From an uncultured Candidatus Rokubacteria bacterium (GTDB lineage: Bacteria; Methylomirabilota; Methylomirabilia; Rokubacteriales; DASRDR01): DNA of 64,000 nt. Positions within the stretch are counted from its first letter, which is position 1; each line of letters starts with the position of its first letter. The stretch covers positions 96,001-160,000 of the forward strand of contig CAWGVS010000003.1 of the NCBI GenBank assembly GCA_963826115.1, given 5' to 3'. Shown piece by piece: positions 57,261 through 64,000 of the stretch. Both the position numbers and the translations under genes were made by a program. Under the pieces are notes generated by a model. It saw nothing but the letters and a program-made list of their open reading frames with translations, was not told the origin of the DNA and searched no databases.

Positions 57261-59267
57261 TCAGGCCGCGCCGGTGCTGAACGGGTGCAACGCCGGGAGC
57301 ATCCGCGTCTCGGCGGCGGTGATGGGCCGCACCGCTTGCGTCTCATCGAACCAGATGTACTCGTCGAACTGGTACGGCAGTGAGGCGTGGAAGTAGTGGC
57401 TCTGGAGCTCCGTGTCCGGCCGGTAGACGACGCCGACGGCGCGCTCGAGTCGAGAGGACGCCAACTCCGCGCGCACCTCCTCGCGCGCCGGAGCGCGGAG
57501 ATGCAGCCGGAAGGCCTTGACGCCCGAGTCGTGACACAGGCGCTCGTAGCTCTCGGGATGGGCGGGCCGCAGCTTCATGATCCGCATCGGCCCATCCCAA
57601 TCATGCGCGGCGGCAACTGTCCCGTGATCGGTGCCGAACCCGACCAGGGAGACCGCGTCGCCGAATCGTTCCCGGCACAGCTGTCCGAGATTCAGCTCGC
57701 CGCGCGCGCTCATCTCGGTCGCCCGCGCGTCACCGAGATGCGAGTTGTGCGCCCACACGACGGCTTTCGAGGATGGCCCGTGGAACGCGAGCAGGCGCTC
57801 GAGCGTGTCGAACATGTGCCGGTCGCGCTGATTCCAGGACTCGGCCGCTCCGTAGTACATCGACCGGTAGTAGCGCTCGGCGTCAGCGACGAGGCGCGCA
57901 TTCTGCACGGCGTCGAGGAACCGCTCGCCGTCCCGTTCCGCATAGTCGAGCTCCCGGCTGAGCATGTCGCGCAACATCGCCACCGCCTCCTTCTCGCAGA
58001 CGCGGTAGCGCCCGCTGATGGCGGCACGCCCATAGGCTTGCGGATCGGCCTGCCAGGGCGTCAAGCAAGAGTACCGCTCGCGGGCAAGGCGGGCGGCCGG
58101 CGGATCCACCCGCTCCAGGTACTCGAGCACGGAGCGAATCGACGCGAACAGACTGTACAGATCCAGGCCGTAGAAACCGGCCTGCCGCGTCGGCTCGTGG
58201 GCCTCGGCGTTGAAGACCCGCAGCCACTCGACGAAGCCCCACGTCTCGTGGTTCCGCCACATCCAGGTCGGAAACCGCGCAAACACCGACTCCTCGGGAC
58301 GGTGCCCATCCGGAAGCGCCTCGACGTAGCGATTGACGCGGCGCGCATCCGGCCAGTCGGCCTCGACCGCGACGATCCGGAACCCGCGGGTGCGGATGAG
58401 CTCCTGGGTGATGCGAGCGCGCATTCGGTAGAACTCGGAAGTGCCGTGCGTCGCTTCACCGATCAGGACCAGTCGCGATTCGCCGAGCCGCTCGAGCAGC
58501 GCGCCGAGATCCTGGCCATCGATCGATGCGAGCGGCTCGGCGACTTCACGCAGGAGGTGAACCAAGGTGCCTGGACGGCTCAGGGTCTGCGCGGGACGCC
58601 CGTTCCACTCGGTCGGCTCTGCCGTCCAGCCCTGCGTCCCAATCAGCGGCACGAAGCGCACGTCGCCGAGCTCTTCCTCGCGCAGCCGGCCATCCGCTTC
58701 CCGGGTCACCCGGAGCAGGCGTTGAACGCTTCGGCCCTCCCCTACCGGAATCACGAGACGCCCGCCGGGTGCCAGCTGGTCCAGCAGCGCCTCGGGGACT
58801 TTCGGGCCACCTGCCGCGACGACGATCGCGTCGTATGGGGCATGCTCGGGCCAGCCGAGCGTGCCGTCACCATGCAGCACGAGGACGTTCGAGAATCCAA
58901 GCCGGGCAAGACGTTCGGTCGCGACGCGGGCCAGCTCCTCGTGCCGCTCGACCGTATAGACCTCGCGAGCGATCCGGCCGAGAATCGCCGCCGCGTAACC
59001 AGAGCCCGTCCCCACCTCCAGCACGCGATCCCCGGGGCGAAGGGCCGCCGCCGCGGTCATGAGCGCGACGATGTAGGGCTGCGAGATCGTTTGCCCCCGC
59101 TCGATCGGCAGGGGCGCATCCGCATACGCGAACTCCTCGAGCTTCGGCGGTAGGAACGCCTCCCGCGGGACATTCCGCATCGCCTCGAGCACGGCCGGGT
59201 CACGGACGCCTCGAGCGGCGATGTGGGCACGAACCATGCGCACTCGTTCGTCGACCAGGTTCATCAT
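57261..59267 (-). CDS. pcm: Protein-L-isoaspartate O-methyltransferase fused to an erythromycin-esterase (Ere/TIKI superfamily) domain
   Basis: GQTISQPY, VLEVGTGSGY, VRFVPL (PCMT); GEATHGTSEFY, EADWPD, WAHNSH, ERAVGV (Ere). Confidence 0.92.
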   Translation of the reverse strand: MMNLVDERVRMVRAHIAARGVRDPAVLEAMRNVPREAFLPPKLEEFAYADAPLPIERGQTISQPYIVALMTAAAALRPGDRVLEVGTGSGYAAAILGRIAREVYTVERHEELARVATERLARLGFSNVLVLHGDGTLGWPEHAPYDAIVVAAGGPKVPEALLDQLAPGGRLVIPVGEGRSVQRLLRVTREADGRLREEELGDVRFVPLIGTQGWTAEPTEWNGRPAQTLSRPGTLVHLLREVAEPLASIDGQDLGALLERLGESRLVLIGEATHGTSEFYRMRARITQELIRTRGFRIVAVEADWPDARRVNRYVEALPDGHRPEESVFARFPTWMWRNHETWGFVEWLRVFNAEAHEPTRQAGFYGLDLYSLFASIRSVLEYLERVDPPAARLARERYSCLTPWQADPQAYGRAAISGRYRVCEKEAVAMLRDMLSRELDYAERDGERFLDAVQNARLVADAERYYRSMYYGAAESWNQRDRHMFDTLERLLAFHGPSSKAVVWAHNSHLGDARATEMSARGELNLGQLCRERFGDAVSLVGFGTDHGTVAAAHDWDGPMRIMKLRPAHPESYERLCHDSGVKAFRLHLRAPAREEVRAELASSRLERAVGVVYRPDTELQSHYFHASLPYQFDEYIWFDETQAVRPITAAETRMLPALHPFSTGAA

Positions 59268-59330
59268 TTCACTCCGCCTCGGGAGCCCGGCCAAGGAACG
59301 CCGGCCATCCGGTCGGCGTCCCGGGGACGC

Positions 59331-59750
59331 TCATTCCTCGGACACCAGGTCCTGGACCGCCCGCAGCACGTCGATGTAGCTGACGATTCCGACCACTTCA
59401 CGCGTGTCTGGCTGAACCACGGGGATCGCGCCCACCTTGTTCTCGATCATCAGGTCGATCACCTCGCCCAGGTCGGTCTCCGGCTCGACCGAGATGACGT
59501 CGGAGCTCATCGCCTCGACGACCGGCGCGGCGAGCGCCCGCCGGAGGGCGTCCGCTCCCTCCGTCGTCAGCAGGCGCCCCACGTCCAGGGCGGCGAGATC
59601 GCGGTCGCTCAGCATGCCAAGCAGGATTCCACCTCGCGCGACGGGCACGTGGCGAATGTCAGCCTCGCGCATGACGTCCCACACCTCCGCCAGAGTCGCC
59701 TGCGGAGTCATGGTGATCGGATTCCGCGTCATCACCTCATGGGCTTTCAT
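59331..59750 (-). CDS. CBS-domain pair protein
   Basis: VMTRNP..IRHVPV..SDRD and MSSDV..GAIPVV..GIVS. Confidence 0.92.
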   Translation of the reverse strand: MKAHEVMTRNPITMTPQATLAEVWDVMREADIRHVPVARGGILLGMLSDRDLAALDVGRLLTTEGADALRRALAAPVVEAMSSDVISVEPETDLGEVIDLMIENKVGAIPVVQPDTREVVGIVSYIDVLRAVQDLVSEE

Positions 59751-59772
59751 CGGATCGATCCCTCCCGCCCTT

Positions 59773-60711
59773 CTAGCCGGGCGAAGTGATCACCTGAGGA
59801 TAGAGTCGGTCGACGTCTTCGCGGCGGCAGAGCGCGGTTCCTGGATTCATCACGGCCGCCGCGCCGGCGGCGACTCCGAAACGCACGGCCTCGCTCAGGG
59901 CACGCCCCCGGGCGAGGGAGAGCACGATGCCCGCCACCAAGCTGTCGCCGGCCCCCACGCTGCTCTTCACCTGGACGGCCGGAGAGGCCAATCGCTCCCG
60001 CTCCGAGGCGGTCACCCACAGAGCACCCCCGGCTCCGAGCGAAAGGACCAGGATCTCGCACCAGCCACGCTTGACGGCCGTGGCCGCGAGACTCGCCAGC
60101 TGCGACTCGTCGCCTCCCTGCTCCCCCGTCAGCGCCCGGAACTCCCGAAGGCTCGGCTTCAGGAGATAGACGCCCTCCTCGACGGCGCGGGCGAGCGGCG
60201 CTCCCGAGGTGTCCAGCACCACCCGGCTTCCGATCTCCCGGCCCACCGCTGCCAGGCGCGCGTAGAAGTCGACCGGGACCCCGGGCGGCAAGCTGCCGCT
60301 CGCCACCAGAAAGTCCGGCGGCGGGCGCAGCTGACGCACCCAGTCCAGGAAGACCGGCCACTCCCGGTCGCCGAGGGCCGCGCCCGGCATGCAGAAGCGG
60401 AACTGGCGGCCGCTCACCTCCTCCAGGACGTTCAGATTCTCGCGCGTCCAGCCGTCCACCGGCATCGGCGCGTGCGGCACGCCTTCTCCGTCGAGCAATC
60501 GCTTCAGCAGCTCGCCGGCCGGCCCCGCCGCGGGGAAGCAGGCCAGCGCGTCTCCGCCGAGCTTCCGGATCGCTCGCGCGACGTTGATCCCCCCGCCTCC
60601 CGGCTCGAATGTCGGGGCTCGGCACCGGAGCTTCTGCTCGGGCAGGACGTAGGGAACGCTGGTGCTCTCGTCGACCGCTGGGTTCATCGTGAGCGTGACG
60701 ATCGAGCGCAT
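59773..60711 (-). CDS. pfkB: PfkB-family hexose kinase (phosphofructokinase-2-like)
   Basis: TLTMNPAVD, PGGGGINVAR, SGSLPPG, VGAGDS motifs; SD GGAGGG. Confidence 0.9.
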   Translation of the reverse strand: MRSIVTLTMNPAVDESTSVPYVLPEQKLRCRAPTFEPGGGGINVARAIRKLGGDALACFPAAGPAGELLKRLLDGEGVPHAPMPVDGWTRENLNVLEEVSGRQFRFCMPGAALGDREWPVFLDWVRQLRPPPDFLVASGSLPPGVPVDFYARLAAVGREIGSRVVLDTSGAPLARAVEEGVYLLKPSLREFRALTGEQGGDESQLASLAATAVKRGWCEILVLSLGAGGALWVTASERERLASPAVQVKSSVGAGDSLVAGIVLSLARGRALSEAVRFGVAAGAAAVMNPGTALCRREDVDRLYPQVITSPG

Positions 60712-60737
60712 CGGTGGCCCCTCCGACGAGAGGCGCA

Positions 60738-61757
60738 TCACTCGATTGCGCGCTCGAGCTCGGGCGCGTATCGCCCATCGCGCGCCGCGCTGTTGCAGCG
60801 TGCCCGGTGATGGAGGGCTCGTTGCCCGGCGGCCACGAGGGCCGGCTTCCCGTGCCATCGCCGCATGGCGTCATCCTGCAAGGCCCGCCCGTAGGAAAAG
60901 CTCAGTGCCCACGGATGAGGGCCACCCTTGGCATTGATGGCATTCAGGTGAGCGGTCGCGAGAACGGCCGTCTGTCCTCCCGATAGGAACACGATCCCGG
61001 GCACGGCAGCGGGGACGGCGCGCCTGAGACAGCGAATCGTCGACGTCGCGACCTCTTCCACGTCGGCCTGGCGAGGGCAGCTCTTGCCGGCGAGCACCAT
61101 GCTCGCCTTCAGGAGCATCGCCTCCGGAACGACGCGCTGATGACGGAGGGCCGAGAAGACCGCGTGCAGCGTGGCCTCGGTGACCTCGAAGCACCGCGCG
61201 ATGGTGTGATCCCCATCCATCAGGACCTCGGGTTCGACGATCGGGACGAGGCCGGCGTCCTGGCACGCCGCCGCGTAGCGAGCGAGCGCGTGCGCATTCG
61301 CCTCGATGCAGCGTGCGCTGGGGATGCCCGGTCCGATGGCGATCACTGCCCGCCACTTCGCGAAGCGCGCGCCGAGAGCCTTGTACTCGCCGAGCCGATC
61401 GCGAAGCCCGTCGAGCCCCTCGGTGACTACCTCGCCGGCCGCGCCGGCCAGCGGTCTCGTGCCCGTGTCCACCTTGATGCCGGGCAGGGTCCCCCGCCGT
61501 GTGAGGAGCTCGGGGAAAGGCGTGCCGTCATCGGCCTTCTGCCGAATGGTCTCGTCGAACAGGATGACGCCGCTGATGAAGTCGGAAATGTCTCGGGTCG
61601 TGAAGAGCAGCTGCCGATAGAGACGGCGATTCTCCTCGCTGTTCTCGATGCCGAGGGCCGCGAAGCGCTTGGCGATCGTGGGATGGCTCTCGTCGGCAGC
61701 CAGGATCCCCCTTCCCGGGGCAACCAGTGCTCGCGCAATCGATTCCAGGGCGTCCAT
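60738..61757 (-). CDS. Class I fructose-bisphosphate aldolase (eukaryote-like glycolytic family)
   Basis: GILAADES, GIKVD, FAKWR, PIVEPEV, LLK (Schiff-base Lys), FLSGGQ, FSYGRALQ. Confidence 0.95.
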   Translation of the reverse strand: MDALESIARALVAPGRGILAADESHPTIAKRFAALGIENSEENRRLYRQLLFTTRDISDFISGVILFDETIRQKADDGTPFPELLTRRGTLPGIKVDTGTRPLAGAAGEVVTEGLDGLRDRLGEYKALGARFAKWRAVIAIGPGIPSARCIEANAHALARYAAACQDAGLVPIVEPEVLMDGDHTIARCFEVTEATLHAVFSALRHQRVVPEAMLLKASMVLAGKSCPRQADVEEVATSTIRCLRRAVPAAVPGIVFLSGGQTAVLATAHLNAINAKGGPHPWALSFSYGRALQDDAMRRWHGKPALVAAGQRALHHRARCNSAARDGRYAPELERAIE

Positions 61758-61786
61758 GTCCGTTTCCTCGCCCGCTCCCGGCCCGT

Positions 61787-62440
61787 TCAGCCCCCGAGCA
61801 CGAGCCCGTTCGTGACGCTCGAGACCCCGGGCGACGCCCACGCCACACGCTCGGCTTCCTGCCTCTCGGCCCACGACCGCACGTTGCCCCGCAAGGTGAC
61901 GGCACTACCTTCGATCTCCACGGTGACGCGACGGGCGTCAACCTCGGCGCTGCGCCGGAACGCGTCTTCGATTCTCGTCTTGATGGTCTCGGACGTGGGT
62001 CGCGGCCTGACCGTCACATGATTCCGGATGCCCAGCACGCCGGTGAGCCGTCGCACGGCGTCTTCGGCCGCAGTCCGCTGGTGCCCCCACTCGACGGCTC
62101 CCTCCAGGGTGATCCAGCCTTTGCTCACGACAACCTTGATGCGGTCGGGCGGGATGGAGCTGTTCCACTCGAGAAGCTGGACCGCCGCGCGCGCGAGGTC
62201 CACATCCGAGCGCCGGCTCCCGCCGGGCAGGTGCACCTCGATCTCGCTCGCCATCCCCTTCACGCCGGCCACCCGCAGCGCGGCTCGCTCGGCCTCGATC
62301 TTCTCGTGGAAGTTCTGAACCTCGCCGCTCAGGGTCACGACGCCATCCGTCACCGCCACGCCGATCCCCGCGGACTTGATGCCGGGCTCCCATTCCAGCT
62401 CGTCCACCACTTGATCCTTCAGGAGCACGTCCGTCTTCAT
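61787..62440 (-). CDS. Triple BON-domain protein (OsmY-like)
   Basis: Three BON repeats (DGVVTLSG, GWITLEG, AVTLRG..AWASPGVSSVTN); SD GAGGAGAGG. Confidence 0.92.
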   Translation of the reverse strand: MKTDVLLKDQVVDELEWEPGIKSAGIGVAVTDGVVTLSGEVQNFHEKIEAERAALRVAGVKGMASEIEVHLPGGSRRSDVDLARAAVQLLEWNSSIPPDRIKVVVSKGWITLEGAVEWGHQRTAAEDAVRRLTGVLGIRNHVTVRPRPTSETIKTRIEDAFRRSAEVDARRVTVEIEGSAVTLRGNVRSWAERQEAERVAWASPGVSSVTNGLVLGG

Positions 62441-62568
62441 GGCGCCTCTCCTCTCCGGCAGGCCTCAATTTCCCCCCGGCTGGGGCACCTTGCCGCGAGC
62501 CTGGGCCCCGCCAACTGGTCGGAGGACGGCCACGAGCACCACCGCGGCCGGCACGACGCGTGGCAGCG

Positions 62569-63540
62569 TCAGGGCCCACCCCTCGATTCGACCTCCACCA
62601 AGCTCCGCTTCCCTTCAGCCCACTCGGGATGGAGACCCAGCCGTCCGAGCGTGCTGAGCGCCCGATCCGGGTCCCCCCAGTCGCTCCACGAGACTCCCCG
62701 AACCGGCAGTACTGCGAGATTGCCCGGCCCGGTGCTCAGCACGTCGTCCGAGAAGTTCGTCGAGGGGAGCGTCGCGTAGAGCGATCGCATGGCTTCGCGC
62801 TCGCCGAGGGTCGCATGGCGGAGCCACGCCGCCGTGAACGCGCTGAAGAGATCGGGCACGGACTCCCGAATCAGGCCGAGCAGCGCAGGCACCCGACCCA
62901 CGAGGACAAAGCTGTTCCAGAGACAACCGCGCTCGAAGAGCATTTCGGCGACCGCCGCCGTGGGCTTCTCCCAGAATCGCCGGACCCGGTACACCGGATA
63001 CGCGGGCCGCTCGATGAGCGGATCCCCGACCTCGATCCAGCCGTACTGCACCTCCGGACTATCCGCGCGAATCCCCAGCAGGATCACGAGGTCGGGACGA
63101 GCCTCGACCGCGGCGAAGGCCGCTTCCACGTGGGCCATGAAGCGCGCGTCGTCCGAGACGTGGTGATCCGAGGGGAATAGGGCCACCGCGTCCGACGATC
63201 CTCCGTCCGCGACGCGCAGGAGCCCGTAGAGGATCGCGGGAGCAGTGCCCCGGCCCTCGGGCTGAAGGGCCAACAACGGACCCGGCGCCCCCTCGGCGAG
63301 AAGCGGCGCATAGAAGCGCTCGTGGGAGCGGGTCAGGACCAGGCACGTCCGATCCGGTCTCACGGCCCGCGCCACACGCGCTCGCGTCCCGTCCAGCAGC
63401 GTCACGCCGTCCATGAGCGCGCAGAACTGCTTCGGCCGCTCGTCGCCCGCAATCCGTCGCGTCAGCGGCCGGAGCCGCATCCCCTCCCCTCCGGCCAGGA
63501 TGATCGCCGATCGGCCTGCTCGCCCCGTCGGGAAGTCCAT
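62569..63540 (-). CDS. Sugar-phosphate nucleotidyltransferase (mannose-1-P guanylyltransferase-like, no isomerase domain)
   Basis: ILAGGEGMRLRPL..PKQF, GTAPA, PSDH, YGWI, FWEKP, WSDWG motifs; alternative start 63561. Confidence 0.85.
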   Translation of the reverse strand: MDFPTGRAGRSAIILAGGEGMRLRPLTRRIAGDERPKQFCALMDGVTLLDGTRARVARAVRPDRTCLVLTRSHERFYAPLLAEGAPGPLLALQPEGRGTAPAILYGLLRVADGGSSDAVALFPSDHHVSDDARFMAHVEAAFAAVEARPDLVILLGIRADSPEVQYGWIEVGDPLIERPAYPVYRVRRFWEKPTAAVAEMLFERGCLWNSFVLVGRVPALLGLIRESVPDLFSAFTAAWLRHATLGEREAMRSLYATLPSTNFSDDVLSTGPGNLAVLPVRGVSWSDWGDPDRALSTLGRLGLHPEWAEGKRSLVEVESRGGP

Positions 63541-63607
63541 CCCCCTGCCCTGGATCGACATCTCATCCGCTCGGCCGACTTGAAGGAGGCCCATGTGCGT
63601 AATGCGT

Positions 63608-63623
63608 AGCAACGGCGCTGCCA
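63608..63623 (-). promoter_or_regulatory. Sigma54 -24/-12 promoter
   Basis: Minus strand TGGCAG-CGCCG-TTGCT, heading the long leftward gene run. Confidence 0.72.
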
Positions 63624-63785
63624 CTCTCGACATCTGCCATGGGCGGGCGCATCCCCGCCCGGAGGTGGCCGGCAGGCCCATCGGGGTCGCTTGCGCCGAA
63701 CGACGATGCGGACTGCCCGCCCCACACGGGGCAGCGATGGGACACCGCCCGGACCACCGCGCCCATGTCCGATGCATGGCGGCGG

Positions 63786-63801
63786 TGGCACTCGGGTTGC
63801 A
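63786..63801 (+). promoter_or_regulatory. Sigma54 -24/-12 promoter
   Basis: TGGCAC-TCGGG-TTGCA (perfect consensus) upstream of the usp start. Confidence 0.82.
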
Positions 63802-63862
63802 CCTCGACGCGGTGGTGCCGCGCCGGCAAGCGTGGAAAGCGAGCGCCAGTAGGGGGAAGACG

Positions 63863-64000
63863 ATGGGGTTGAAAGATCTGCTGGTGCACGTGGACAACGA
63901 CCCGGCATGCGGCTCGCGCGTGGACGTCGCGGTCGCCTTGGCCGCGAAACATGGAGCTCATCTCACGGGCCTGCATGCCATGGGACGCCCTCCCCAACTG
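63863..64000 (+). CDS. Universal stress protein, N-terminal part (runs off the window; not in the ORF track)
   Basis: Manual translation MGLKDLLVHVDNDPACGSRVDVAVALAAKHGAHLTGLHAM; SD-like AGGGGGA. Confidence 0.85.
   Translation, partial: MGLKDLLVHVDNDPACGSRVDVAVALAAKHGAHLTGLHAMGRPPQL

Noticed and set aside
1-64000. CRISPR array, tRNA/rRNA, IS/integrase or defence system
   Set aside because: No spaced repeats, tRNA arm motifs, or transposase, recombinase or defence-nuclease motifs found by inspection

Overview
A very GC-rich bacterial chromosomal window with about 63 CDS. I found no rRNA, tRNA, CRISPR array or transposase. The gene families (COG2984-type ABC binding protein, peptide-ABC/LLM catabolic operon, archaeal-like DUF1464/ATP-grasp genes) suggest a Rokubacteria/Methylomirabilota-like soil organism, but this is inference only. 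Left part (1-37.2 kb): core/catabolic genes, including a GntR/HutC-regulated peptide-ABC operon whose binding protein has a +1 frameshift inside its signal peptide, a CLC protein with atypical selectivity motifs, a probable CTG-initiated gene and several apparently leaderless genes. Right part (37.3-64 kb): visibly more A/T-tolerant sequence holding a stress/dormancy-type block with two USPs, BON, CBS, PfkB, class I FBP aldolase, phosphoketolase, a PCMT-erythromycin-esterase fusion, MgtA, OsmC, ZIP, a MacAB-like exporter, DUF3300/DUF2950 and a di-heme cytochrome. The most striking signal is five sigma54 (-24/-12) promoter matches, each intergenic and facing a gene or operon in this block, plus a candidate enhancer palindrome. 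Together these suggest a sigma54-driven analogue of the mycobacterial DosR dormancy regulon. Start codons were re-chosen by eye where the ORF track over-extends.
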